From Escherichia phage KIT01: a stretch of DNA of 64,000 nt. The stretch lies in sequence record AP019521.1; one strand, given 5' to 3'. The position numbers and the translations under genes are program-made. Under the pieces are notes generated by a model, which had not been told where the DNA came from, ran no database searches, and worked only from the letters and a program-made list of their open reading frames with translations. Below are positions 19,255 to 27,991 of this stretch, piece after piece. Each line of letters starts with the position of its first letter. Position 1 is the first letter of the stretch.

Positions 19255-19815
19255 TTAAGAGTTCATAGTTGGGATAACAGAGTTCAGATAAGAGACTAAA
19301 ACTTTTAGCTCGTCTTTAGTAAATACCACTTCATTTTCACCGTCGTGTCTTTGGGTCAAGGATAGTAAATCACGGCCCTGATATTGATACACGGTTAATT
19401 CGGTATCATAATCCAGTTCTTCTTCATCACCTTCAAATGTTTCACTAGAACGAATCACCGCATCTTGACCTGGGACTTTCCATTCAACTTCCGGATGGCA
19501 TTCTTCCTGGAACAGTTTAAAAATACATTTAAAGAAATTAGCAGAATCACTAATGCTTAGGCATTCTTTGTCAGTTTCGATATTAAACCCAACTTCATGT
19601 TTATAAATTTTGGCCCATACATCGCTGTTAATATCAATCGAGGCACTATGGCGTCCATCAAGATAATCCTGTTTGTCCAAAACCTTTAAATCGTAAAGTG
19701 GTTTGATATCTTGGATAGTCAGTACGATTTTATCGTCTTCTTGTGAAAGCACAATTGCATTATCAACTACTTCAGCGGTCAGTTCGCCAAACAATTCAGT
19801 TGTTTCAATAATCAT
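19255..19815 (-). CDS. hypothetical acidic protein
   Basis: 186-aa ORF. Confidence 0.5.
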   Translation of the reverse strand: MIIETTELFGELTAEVVDNAIVLSQEDDKIVLTIQDIKPLYDLKVLDKQDYLDGRHSASIDINSDVWAKIYKHEVGFNIETDKECLSISDSANFFKCIFKLFQEECHPEVEWKVPGQDAVIRSSETFEGDEEELDYDTELTVYQYQGRDLLSLTQRHDGENEVVFTKDELKVLVSYLNSVIPTMNS

Positions 19816-19825
19816 TTTCTGTTCC

Positions 19826-20098
19826 TCAACGGTTATGTTTTAAAATACTATAAAGCTCTTCAACTTGGCTTGCGTTCAGACAAATCATATCATTTTCTTG
19901 TTGGAGCGTAATTCCACCTTTTTCTTCCCAATCTTTAACAAAGACATCATCGTCAGATTCTTCAACATCTGCCAAAAGGACAATAATACCATCTTCAGAA
20001 TTACCACTCGGATCATATAACATTACAGTTTCCTCGCTAACCGTGAAAAGAATAAACCAATTAAAACAGGCCCTACAACCATTGTTAACCAAGCCCAA
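19826..20098 (-). CDS. hypothetical protein
   Basis: 90-aa ORF. Confidence 0.4.
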   Translation of the reverse strand: MGLVNNGCRACFNWFILFTVSEETVMLYDPSGNSEDGIIVLLADVEESDDDVFVKDWEEKGGITLQQENDMICLNASQVEELYSILKHNR

Positions 20099-20143
20099 GG
20101 TTCAAGATAGTAAATCATCTTCAGGCTCCTGTGCCATCAGCCA

Positions 20144-20326
20144 TTATGCTTTCAACTCATTAAGATACTCAACCAAGGCCGCTTTAGAGTTAGCCAAATC
20201 TCGTTTACACTGCTCTATTCCGGAATATGAATAACCTTCGCAATATTCAACAGCCAGGTCATTGGATGCGTTTTCAATGTGCCGGGCGAGTTTGATAATT
20301 TTCTCAATCTGTTCAGTAGTTAACAT
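20144..20326 (-). CDS. hypothetical protein
   Basis: 60-aa ORF. Confidence 0.35.
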   Translation of the reverse strand: MLTTEQIEKIIKLARHIENASNDLAVEYCEGYSYSGIEQCKRDLANSKAALVEYLNELKA

Positions 20327-20330
20327 AATA

Positions 20331-20567
20331 TCACCAGTATTTGTTGATAGTAGAAATTAATTCTTGGGCTTGGGTAGTCTTCAGTTTACATCCACAACCC
20401 TTTAATGTGTCTTTAAGGAGCCACGGTTCCTTGAGCTCGTCCTTTTCTAGACGAATTCTGTATCCTCGATAATCGGCGAAGATACTTCGGTCGTCGAATA
20501 TCTTAATCTCAAGGATACGGCCATTGATTTCGTATTCTAATGAAACCGTAGTACTCGTAAGTTTCAT
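20331..20567 (-). CDS. hypothetical protein
   Basis: 78 aa; GAGGAGAA RBS; first gene after PeSL-like promoter. Confidence 0.45.
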   Translation of the reverse strand: MKLTSTTVSLEYEINGRILEIKIFDDRSIFADYRGYRIRLEKDELKEPWLLKDTLKGCGCKLKTTQAQELISTINKYW

Positions 20568-20595
20568 ATTGTTCTCCTCATTAGTTGATAGGTCT

Positions 20596-20624
20596 ATAGT
20601 ATCATGTTCCTAGAGGATGTAAAC
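20596..20624 (-). promoter_or_regulatory. early promoter (PeSL-like)
   Basis: GTTTAC(20619-20624)-17 nt-TACTAT(20596-20601); TCCTC/GAGGA arms pairing SD region. Confidence 0.5.
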
Positions 20625-20664
20625 ACCTAAACGAAAAAAGGTCCCACCGAAGTGAGACCTTTGA

Positions 20665-21048
20665 TTATTCTAACGTTAGCAAATACTTAGTCTGGTAAAA
20701 GACACCAGTGATATCGTCCAAAGTCGACTGGATGGCCTTAGGAAGGGTATCATAGATTTTATCAGATGCTTTAAGAAGCTCGTCAAGAAAATCTACCGGG
20801 TCCTTAGGCAAGTCTGAAGCAGACGGTAATGATGCTTTATATTCTTTGCCACTGAATCCAAGATATTGCTCACTAAATTGGTCCAGAGGTCCTTGAACTT
20901 CTACATAATAGAAGTCATACGCTTTGTGTCTTGCATAGCTTTTGGTTTCTAAATGGGCTGACTTAAAATAGGCTAAAGAAACCAGTAGCCAACCAATATA
21001 AGAATCCACTTCAGACCCTCGACCGGGTACGAAATCATTGAACTTCAT
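20665..21048 (-). CDS. hypothetical protein
   Basis: 127-aa ORF. Confidence 0.45.
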   Translation of the reverse strand: MKFNDFVPGRGSEVDSYIGWLLVSLAYFKSAHLETKSYARHKAYDFYYVEVQGPLDQFSEQYLGFSGKEYKASLPSASDLPKDPVDFLDELLKASDKIYDTLPKAIQSTLDDITGVFYQTKYLLTLE

Positions 21049-21328
21049 CTTCCACCTTCATTAGTTTTACATAACGCTCTCCGATGGCACGACCTTCAAT
21101 TGAGCATGTTTCTACAGTCTGACAACTTGAAATCTTCCAGGAAGCCGTAACATAAGCCCAATAGTCTTCGGAGGCCTTTACGCTAGGTCTACTCATTTGC
21201 GCATAAACAGGCATCGCACTACTAGCAAATGCATCCATCAATTTACCATTGGTATCATTTGCTAGTGAAACTGTAGGGCTTAAACATCCCGCCATAAGGA
21301 TACAAGCCGCTGTACGGAAAATATCCAT
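21035..21328 (-). CDS. secreted/periplasmic protein (rI-region family)
   Basis: 97 aa with signal-peptide-like N-terminus and Cys pairs; position just below tk. Confidence 0.4.
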   Translation of the reverse strand: MDIFRTAACILMAGCLSPTVSLANDTNGKLMDAFASSAMPVYAQMSRPSVKASEDYWAYVTASWKISSCQTVETCSIEGRAIGERYVKLMKVEDEVQ

Positions 21329-21352
21329 ACAAAAGTCCTTTGTTGTTTTATA

Positions 21353-21700
21353 CTATTTGCCTTTCGGCCTTAACCGATAGCGATTACCAAAAGCTAAAGC
21401 TCTACGGTTAGTATTATTATTTATAGCTTTTTTAAGCTTACGACAATAAGAATAGAACACGTCGTTAAAATTATGCTCAACCCAATTCCTCTGTATAGGC
21501 GAGGTAATGGAAAGCATATAATGCGCTTTAATTAAATCCATCCCATTTTTATTAGGACATTCTTTATTATTAGCATTATATGTCGCTGCTACAACCTCTA
21601 TCTCTCTTTTGTAAGCCACATCATCCATGATAGGCGAAAGAACAATATAAGAAATGGCCACAGCGAACGCTAGAATTAAAATCTTTGAATTTAGGTCCAT
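21353..21700 (-). CDS. putative lysis-inhibition regulator rI-like membrane-anchored protein
   Basis: N-terminal anchor ILILAFAVAISYIVLSPIM and position adjacent to tk resemble T4 rI; from memory only. Confidence 0.35.
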   Translation of the reverse strand: MDLNSKILILAFAVAISYIVLSPIMDDVAYKREIEVVAATYNANNKECPNKNGMDLIKAHYMLSITSPIQRNWVEHNFNDVFYSYCRKLKKAINNNTNRRALAFGNRYRLRPKGK

Positions 21701-21707
21701 AGTACCC

Positions 21708-22280
21708 TCAACTCGTTATTTCTATCCAGTGCTTCCTGCACAATGACACGTAAGAATCGTTGCCACCTATAGAAACTTGGGCGCCGTCCTTAATTGCGAT
21801 ACCATCCTGGACCCTAGCAGTCATAGTAGCTTTACGGCCACAATGGCACACACCTTTGTACTCAACGAGTTTATCTGCTGTAGCGAGTAATTCAGCAGAG
21901 CCAGGAAACAGTTTACCCTGAAAATCAGTTCTTAGCCCGTAGCACATAACCGGGACATTATAATTGTCTACTATCTTTGCCAGTTGTTTTATCTGTGCAG
22001 GTTCTAAGAACTGTGCTTCATCCACAAATACACAGTGGATATCTTTTTGAGATTCAGCCCAACGATAGAACTCGTATAGGTCCATATCCGGAGTCACGGC
22101 ATTAGCCTCTTGACTAATCCCTATACGAGACGAAATGGTATGGCTTGATTCTCTATTGTCTATCGCAGGCTTTAAAAGGAGTACGCCCATACCGCGTTCT
22201 TTGTAGTTATGAGCGGCCGTTAGCAATGAAGCAGTTTTCCCGGAATTCATTGCCGCATAGTGAAAATAAAGTTGAGCCAT
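21708..22280 (-). CDS. tk: thymidine kinase
   Basis: 190 aa; P-loop AAMNSGKTASLL and C-terminal Cys cluster characteristic of type II thymidine kinase. Confidence 0.85.
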   Translation of the reverse strand: MAQLYFHYAAMNSGKTASLLTAAHNYKERGMGVLLLKPAIDNRESSHTISSRIGISQEANAVTPDMDLYEFYRWAESQKDIHCVFVDEAQFLEPAQIKQLAKIVDNYNVPVMCYGLRTDFQGKLFPGSAELLATADKLVEYKGVCHCGRKATMTARVQDGIAIKDGAQVSIGGNDSYVSLCRKHWIEITS

Positions 22281-22289
22281 ATTACCTTC

Positions 22290-22496
22290 TTAAAGACTAT
22301 TTACATAAGCAATTAATTCGTTTTCTTTCTCATCAAATCGATTAGCAAATTCTTCCAAATGGTCGGCATCTATCGGGCCATATTCATCATAAAAGGCATT
22401 TGCTTCCGTATGCTCATCCAAAAGCTCATGGATAAGCTCAAACAATTTATCTTTCTGTTCTTTACTCAGACTCATAACCATTGTACCTTTAAGCAA
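22290..22496 (-). CDS. hypothetical protein
   Basis: 68-aa ORF. Confidence 0.4.
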   Translation of the reverse strand: MLKGTMVMSLSKEQKDKLFELIHELLDEHTEANAFYDEYGPIDADHLEEFANRFDEKENELIAYVNSL

Positions 22497-22684
22497 TATT
22501 CTTCTACGTGCTGTTTACGTTTATTTTTATCTATAAAAGTATATTCAACATATTCGCCAATATACCATTTATCGGTGTTGTGTTGACTTTTTATAGGACA
22601 TTTAGTTACTCGAGTTTCGGTCCAGCGTCGAATAATTTCCGCTTTGTTTTTAGGGTCAAACGGATGTGGGTAATGGGCTTTCAT
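22472..22684 (-). CDS. hypothetical protein
   Basis: 70-aa ORF. Confidence 0.4.
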   Translation of the reverse strand: MKAHYPHPFDPKNKAEIIRRWTETRVTKCPIKSQHNTDKWYIGEYVEYTFIDKNKRKQHVEEYCLKVQWL

Positions 22685-23123
22685 AATCTACCACCACTAA
22701 ATTAATATCAGGAGTAAACAAATTAATCAATTGGTAAACCTTGTCCCAATCACCACCAGCAATACCACAACCAATGCGAGGGATATAAATTCTTGGTTTA
22801 AACAAAAGACCTTTTGCTTGTTGATTTAATTCTATCATACAGTTTACTAAAGCGCCGTAATCAAGATTAGGGCCTGGTTCGTATTGGGTATATAAATTAT
22901 AGCAAATTTGGCCATTATTACCTGTAGCTTGAGTAAACGTGCCAAGTTTTGCCAAATTACCTAAATAAGTAGTTTTATCGATAGCGAGAATAGGCGGATA
23001 AGCCTTAGCCAATTGCCCAGCTACACCTGAACCCATCGTGTGGAAACAGTTACACCCGTGTGCAACATTATTACCTTGAAGAAACAGGGCGACGATATCG
23101 CCCTTAATATAATCAATAATCAT
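22656..23123 (-). CDS. Macro-domain protein (ADP-ribose binding/processing)
   Basis: YIKGDI...NNVAHGCNCFHTMGSGVAGQ and IGCGIAGGDW resemble the Macro-domain diphosphate-binding loops (compare E. coli YmdB). Confidence 0.55.
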   Translation of the reverse strand: MIIDYIKGDIVALFLQGNNVAHGCNCFHTMGSGVAGQLAKAYPPILAIDKTTYLGNLAKLGTFTQATGNNGQICYNLYTQYEPGPNLDYGALVNCMIELNQQAKGLLFKPRIYIPRIGCGIAGGDWDKVYQLINLFTPDINLVVVDYESPLPTSV

Positions 23124-23476
23124 TTAGAGTTTAATCCTCGATTGTATGAGTCAACGAGTCTGTCTACCATAGACGCGCACATTTCTTTGTACTTTTTATC
23201 AGATGGAATACATTCAGTAACGTTTAGACGTTGCTCGTATCTTTTAGAAAGGGTTTTCTCTTTCATTCGGCGATGCTCTACGTCGTTCTGGCCATCTTTA
23301 AAAGCAGCTGTGATTTTTGAACTGAATTCGATAATGCATTCAGTATTACTCGGATGACAATAATCTTTTGCTGTACGGGTAGCATACTCGACAATTGAAT
23401 TATTACTATCATCAACTTGTGACGCTAATACTCCCGGAGCAATCAACATAAGCGCTATAGTCATCTGCTTAATCAT
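23120..23476 (-). CDS. secreted hypothetical protein
   Basis: 118 aa with N-terminal signal peptide MIKQMTIALMLIAPGVLAS. Confidence 0.45.
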   Translation of the reverse strand: MIKQMTIALMLIAPGVLASQVDDSNNSIVEYATRTAKDYCHPSNTECIIEFSSKITAAFKDGQNDVEHRRMKEKTLSKRYEQRLNVTECIPSDKKYKEMCASMVDRLVDSYNRGLNSK

Positions 23477-24016
23477 TTAATACACCGCCTCAAACATCTT
23501 TTTAGATTTTAGGTAATTGGCCTTTTCTAGAACTTCAGAAGCATATTTACTGCCTGCTTTGACGTTCCAGCCTGCATTATAAGAAGCAATCGCTTTTCTC
23601 AGGTCACCTTTGTGAACATCAATCCAATAAGACAGTTCAATGTAGGCCCAAGAGGCACTGTTCTGTCGTTTTTGGACCATACGAATTATTTCTTTGTCTG
23701 ACATCTTCCAACCTACCTGTTGAACACGACTTCTTAACGTAGGCAAGTAATTTTGGAACATGCCATAAGCATGGTGCTTATCTTTATTTAAACCCTGATT
23801 AATTCCGGCGGATGATTCCTGCCATAGTAATCCGGCCATAATATATCCTAATCCTTTTTGATTAGGGTTTTCTTTGAACTTTCCCGACTTTTGGTATTGT
23901 TCACCGAAAGCATACGCATAATGTAAATTATCGAGTTGTTCATTACTGAAAGTAGGCTCTACGCTATAGGCAGACATACTAACTGTCAATAGTAAAGTGG
24001 CTAATACTTTTTTCAT
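23477..24016 (-). CDS. periplasmic lytic transglycosylase-like protein (SLT domain)
   Basis: signal peptide; LLWQESSAGIN...AYGMFQ...ASYNAG resemble SLT catalytic motifs. Confidence 0.55.
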   Translation of the reverse strand: MKKVLATLLLTVSMSAYSVEPTFSNEQLDNLHYAYAFGEQYQKSGKFKENPNQKGLGYIMAGLLWQESSAGINQGLNKDKHHAYGMFQNYLPTLRSRVQQVGWKMSDKEIIRMVQKRQNSASWAYIELSYWIDVHKGDLRKAIASYNAGWNVKAGSKYASEVLEKANYLKSKKMFEAVY

Positions 24017-24028
24017 GAGACCTCATTA

Positions 24029-24487
24029 TTAAAGATAGATTACTTTCGTGCTGGTTTTACCTTCTAAACGTTTAGAGTTAACAAATGCCATACGACATTT
24101 AAGGGAATATCCTTTATCAGGATGTTTACGGTCTACGGTCATACCCAACCATAAGGTTTTATCGGTAATTTCGAGACGCAACGGGCGATACACTTTACCA
24201 GGGACAATTTCGGATTCAACATCAGGCAGAGGTTCCTGGATTAAGAATTCATGAATTTCTTTAACATGGATATGGAGTTGCTTGAATAAAGCAAAAACGT
24301 ATTTTTCGTCGATTTCACGTTGGATAGCACGGTCCAACAAGTGATTAGAGTACTTAATAAAGAAGGCTGGGACTCCGCTCTTAATGGCGGCTTTTTTGAT
24401 GGACGCATTCAGTTCACGGAATTCGGTTTCGAACTGACGACGTAATTTGTTGCGGCGGATGAATACTTCTGAATTAATTTCTGACAT
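24029..24487 (-). CDS. regB: site-specific endoribonuclease RegB
   Basis: 152 aa; EVFIRRNKLRR...KYSNHLLDRAIQREIDEKYVF...LRLEITD matches T4 RegB. Confidence 0.85.
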   Translation of the reverse strand: MSEINSEVFIRRNKLRRQFETEFRELNASIKKAAIKSGVPAFFIKYSNHLLDRAIQREIDEKYVFALFKQLHIHVKEIHEFLIQEPLPDVESEIVPGKVYRPLRLEITDKTLWLGMTVDRKHPDKGYSLKCRMAFVNSKRLEGKTSTKVIYL

Positions 24488-24494
24488 TTTGTAA

Positions 24495-24544
24495 TCTCCT
24501 GTAGATGATAGGTCTATAGTACCACGTCTACAGGAGATGTAAAC
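24495..24544 (-). promoter_or_regulatory. early promoter with 11-bp perfect inverted repeat pairing the regB SD (PeSL-like)
   Basis: GTTTAC(24539-24544)-17 nt-TACTAT(24516-24521); arms TCTCCTGTAGA(24495-24505)/TCTACAGGAGA(24527-24537). Confidence 0.6.
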
Positions 24545-24550
24545 TGCTTT

Positions 24551-24832
24551 TTAGTATTTCTCTTCAGGTCGGAAAACACCGCGACAAGCCCACATAGAAG
24601 CTTCTTTCAAACGGTCTTTGGCCTTAGACAGACAATCAGATGCAAAGAGTACCGGGTCCAACTCTTCTTCTGGGGTGGAAGAGCTGTTGGCTAGTCGATT
24701 ATATTCTTCGATAATCTCGTCTTCAAGCGCTTTAAAGATTAAACCCAATCGAACTTCAGCGTCTTTGATAGCATTCACTTTACTGATTTTATCGTCGGTA
24801 TGTGGTTTATAACCCTTGATATCTTCAATCAT
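24551..24832 (-). CDS. hypothetical protein (vs.3/vs.4 region)
   Basis: 93-aa ORF between regB and denV. Confidence 0.45.
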   Translation of the reverse strand: MIEDIKGYKPHTDDKISKVNAIKDAEVRLGLIFKALEDEIIEEYNRLANSSSTPEEELDPVLFASDCLSKAKDRLKEASMWACRGVFRPEEKY

Positions 24833-25047
24833 TTCACTTCCTCATCAGATGCAATATCATATTCAACTAAATGAAGCCCATCATATCCACCACGAACAGA
24901 GATATATGTGTTTGGATAAACGGTTTCTTTACCATTCCATTGACCACTGTCCCAGCATTCCAGAAAGTCTTGTTCACCTTGGCCATGGAACCAATCAACA
25001 AACACCTTCAAAGCCTCATCAGAACCTTCAATAGTCAATTTAGACAT
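24829..25047 (-). CDS. hypothetical protein
   Basis: 72-aa acidic ORF. Confidence 0.4.
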   Translation of the reverse strand: MSKLTIEGSDEALKVFVDWFHGQGEQDFLECWDSGQWNGKETVYPNTYISVRGGYDGLHLVEYDIASDEEVK

Positions 25048-25336
25048 ATTTTTTCCAGTCAGAAATCATATGAATCTCTTGGTCATAAGTCAAGAGACTG
25101 CGAGTAATAATACCCTTACAAGGCCCTGAGATGAACTCGAGGGTGAAGTAAGGAACCTGTTTCATTAATCGGATGCTTGGGGCATGGCATCTAAAACGAG
25201 AGCCCTTAAAGGGTCCTGTCATGAACACGTATTCTAGTGGATAGAAATAAGCATATTCGAAATTTTTAGTAAGGTCCTCTCTTCGAACCTTACGTGAGAA
25301 ATAACAGAACTCAAAAAGTTCTTCATCAGTCATCAT
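25040..25336 (-). CDS. hypothetical protein
   Basis: start moved to MMTDEELFE (ATG 25336) to remove overlap. Confidence 0.4.
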   Translation of the reverse strand: MMTDEELFEFCYFSRKVRREDLTKNFEYAYFYPLEYVFMTGPFKGSRFRCHAPSIRLMKQVPYFTLEFISGPCKGIITRSLLTYDQEIHMISDWKKYV

Positions 25337-25860
25337 TGCATTCCTATCACAAAGAACAGAGGCAAAGGCTTGTCGCCTTGGCACATAAATTTATTAATCA
25401 TTATCTGGTAAGCTTCGTAGAACTTATCCATCGCTGGAAGGCGCATCGGCTCTTCGATAATAATCAATAATCTAGTAACAGATAGTCCACGATACTTATG
25501 GAAATTGTCTTCATCAAGGAAACTGCGCACAGTATCATAGACAACAAAACCGGGACCTTCGACTTGGAGATGTGGGTGTGCCTTAGAAACCTGTTTTATT
25601 ATATTACAAATTTCTCGCGAGCGATGCGAACTACTTGACATAACAATCACATCATTACCTTTGGAAACCCAATCGGCTGCGAACTGAGCAAGGGCACTTG
25701 TTTTACCTGTTTGTCGACCACCATCAAGACGAAGAGTACCAAACTCTTGCATTCTTGAAGCAGGTTCATACCAGGTATATTGGTCTGAGTCTAAACGTTC
25801 AATGGCGCGTTCAGCGAAGGCGTGCATTAAGGTTAGATAAATAGGGGTTAAAAATTTCAT
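25333..25860 (-). CDS. P-loop NTPase-like protein
   Basis: 175 aa with GGRQTGKTSA Walker A-like motif. Confidence 0.45.
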   Translation of the reverse strand: MKFLTPIYLTLMHAFAERAIERLDSDQYTWYEPASRMQEFGTLRLDGGRQTGKTSALAQFAADWVSKGNDVIVMSSSSHRSREICNIIKQVSKAHPHLQVEGPGFVVYDTVRSFLDEDNFHKYRGLSVTRLLIIIEEPMRLPAMDKFYEAYQIMINKFMCQGDKPLPLFFVIGMQ

Positions 25861-26021
25861 AGGTGTCTCTTAGTTGGTGGGGCCGTTCCTTGGCACATAA
25901 TTCATCCATGTATCCGTATGTAAACCCTTTACCGCACTTGGGCTCGACCTTATTACAGGTAGGGAAAGGTCCATCACTCAGAGGACGCGACGTTCATGAG
26001 GAGAGGGCCGGCTTGCCTTTA

Positions 26022-26321
26022 TTAGAAAGAACCAGAACCTTTAATTGTGTTCTGACGACCTTTATTTTCCAATTCGGAGTGGTCGATTTCATATGCTTGT
26101 GCTACGCCAAAGGCCTTTTTAACTTTAGCTAAAGAACCTTTAGATGTAACAATATTAAAAGTATTACCTTTGGTAAAATCAACCAAATCCACTTGTACAC
26201 CCTGCTTGCCGAGGCTTGCTACAATAGCATCAACATATTGTTGGTCTAAAGTACCTTGGACGCCAATTTGAAATGCTTTAGGAGCTTTGGCTTCTGTAAT
26301 AAATTCTTGATAAGTTTTCAT
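26022..26321 (-). CDS. capsid-targeted internal protein (CTS leader)
   Basis: N-terminus MKTYQEFITE matches the T4 internal-protein capsid-targeting leader ending at Glu10. Confidence 0.55.
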   Translation of the reverse strand: MKTYQEFITEAKAPKAFQIGVQGTLDQQYVDAIVASLGKQGVQVDLVDFTKGNTFNIVTSKGSLAKVKKAFGVAQAYEIDHSELENKGRQNTIKGSGSF

Positions 26322-26329
26322 ATTAAGCC

Positions 26330-26689
26330 TTAAAGATGGTCTAGTGCTGGGTTATGAGGTTTTTCTGCTTTAGTAGTGTTTTTATGCCAATCTGATTTAG
26401 AAACACGGATGGCATCAGCGCCATAAGAACTCTTAAGGAGACCTTTTTTATTGTACACGCTTATTGAAGTAAGAGAATCACCATTCCATGTAGCATGAAT
26501 GAAGTTAGATTTAGATTTAAGTTCTTTAGCCAAGCTCTGGTTAGTGGCCATGGAAGCAAAGTCTTTACCTGTAACTTTAAAAACTTCAGATGGGTTCAGC
26601 CCTTCTTTAGCCTTAGCCAATTGTTCAGGAGACATAGCTTCGTTAATGCGCTGAGTAGATTCAGTAATAAATTGTTGGTAAGTTTTCAT
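26330..26689 (-). CDS. capsid-targeted internal protein (CTS leader)
   Basis: N-terminus MKTYQQFITE; AAGGAA RBS; cotranscribed with the next CTS gene. Confidence 0.55.
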   Translation of the reverse strand: MKTYQQFITESTQRINEAMSPEQLAKAKEGLNPSEVFKVTGKDFASMATNQSLAKELKSKSNFIHATWNGDSLTSISVYNKKGLLKSSYGADAIRVSKSDWHKNTTKAEKPHNPALDHL

Positions 26690-26731
26690 ATTATTCCTTA
26701 AGTTGATAGAAGTATTCTATCACGGATTTAA

Positions 26732-27148
26732 TTAAGCGTAAATAGCCTTGCCGTAATGTTTGTACCAGGTAGGACGCTGTGCAATTTTTTCGTCCAAACG
26801 GGCTTGTGAAATGGCGATAGAAGCTTCGTGTGGAGTATAATCACCACGGAATTCCTGAGGAATATCACTAATGTCCTGGACCGTAGTATCCTTGATATTA
26901 AAACCACGTTTTAAACATTCCGCTATAAGCTCGATTTGACGTTTACGTAAAAACTCAAGCTTATCATAAAAGAAAGTAACATGGCCTGTACCAAGGATAA
27001 AAGTAGAGCTAATTTTAAAATCACGAACACGTTTACCATTAGCAACATGCTTACGAACTGCACCGAAAACACGTGGCAATTCACGATATTCAGCCATTAA
27101 GTGTTGGTCAGCCAATTCAGATACTAAGGTAAGGTTGATACGAGTCAT
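26732..27148 (-). CDS. denV: endonuclease V (pyrimidine-dimer DNA glycosylase) DenV
   Basis: [29 protein letters not shown]... matches T4 DenV; ATG 27148 after GGAG. Confidence 0.85.
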   Translation of the reverse strand: MTRINLTLVSELADQHLMAEYRELPRVFGAVRKHVANGKRVRDFKISSTFILGTGHVTFFYDKLEFLRKRQIELIAECLKRGFNIKDTTVQDISDIPQEFRGDYTPHEASIAISQARLDEKIAQRPTWYKHYGKAIYA

Positions 27149-27177
27149 TTTAGTGTTCTCCATGTTTGTATGAGAAC

Positions 27178-27206
27178 ACTATATCACAGCTATTGTAAAA
27201 GTAAAC
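27178..27206 (-). promoter_or_regulatory. early promoter upstream of denV
   Basis: GTTTAC(27201-27206)-17 nt-TATAGT(27178-27183); GTGTTCTC/GAGAACAC inverted repeat in leader. Confidence 0.5.
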
Positions 27207-27208
27207 TG

Positions 27209-27511
27209 TTATTTAGCTTTAATTGCTTTAGCTGCTTCGGTAGCCGCTTGCTGAAGGTCATCCATAGACATACCGAACTTAGAAGCAAAGTTATCAATTT
27301 TCTTTTCGACAGAATTCAAAGGCTTGGCCTGTTTACCTTCATTAGCGCCCGGGAGAGCGAGAATACGCTCTTTGTCAATATAAAGGCTTACAAGTTTCTT
27401 ACGGTCTTTATCCGACAAATCATGAAATGAATGGGCCTTTTTATTTACAGCGGCTTCTAATTTACCTGCGGTTACGCGGGCTTCAGTGATAAATTCTTGA
27501 TAGGTTTTCAT
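27209..27511 (-). CDS. ipII: internal protein II-like (CTS leader)
   Basis: 100 aa; MKTYQEFITEARVTAGKLEAAVNKKAHSFHDL... resembles T4 IPII; position between denV and e. Confidence 0.6.
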   Translation of the reverse strand: MKTYQEFITEARVTAGKLEAAVNKKAHSFHDLSDKDRKKLVSLYIDKERILALPGANEGKQAKPLNSVEKKIDNFASKFGMSMDDLQQAATEAAKAIKAK

Positions 27512-27563
27512 ATGTTTCCTTAAAGGTAAATATTTTAATTGGTATGTTCAAGTAACTGTAGAT

Positions 27564-27592
27564 ATACTATCACAATTCTAGGAGATGTAAAC
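27564..27592 (-). promoter_or_regulatory. early promoter upstream of ipII-like gene
   Basis: GTTTAC(27587-27592)-17 nt-TAGTAT(27564-27569). Confidence 0.45.
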
Positions 27593-27991
27593 TTATTTGT
27601 AGGTTTTCATCCAATTCTTGAACAAAGCCGCGACGTCTTTCTCTTTAACGTTCAGTTTAACGTCCAACATTTTACCACCCGCTGCTCTCGTTTGGCGAAT
27701 CTTAGCAGTACCGGTTTCACCATTCCACTCAACATAATACTGTCCAGTGTTCATTGCAATACCATCACCATAGTCTTCATTTTTAGAAGTGGTGAATGCC
27801 AGCTTCATAGTCTTAGATACACGAGCCTGCATGCCTGTCTGAAGGGCATTACGAACTCGAATAACCTGAGGAGTGGCCTGGGTCAGGTTCTCATTCAGTT
27901 CTTCAGTGAACTCTTCGGATTCGAACATCGCCAAAAGTTCTTTAGATGCAGGAATTACATTCTCTGCGATAAATTCATTATAAGTTTTCAT
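27593..27991 (-). CDS. capsid-targeted internal protein (CTS leader; IPIII position)
   Basis: 132 aa; N-terminus [10 protein letters not shown]; directly downstream of e. Confidence 0.55.
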   Translation of the reverse strand: MKTYNEFIAENVIPASKELLAMFESEEFTEELNENLTQATPQVIRVRNALQTGMQARVSKTMKLAFTTSKNEDYGDGIAMNTGQYYVEWNGETGTAKIRQTRAAGGKMLDVKLNVKEKDVAALFKNWMKTYK

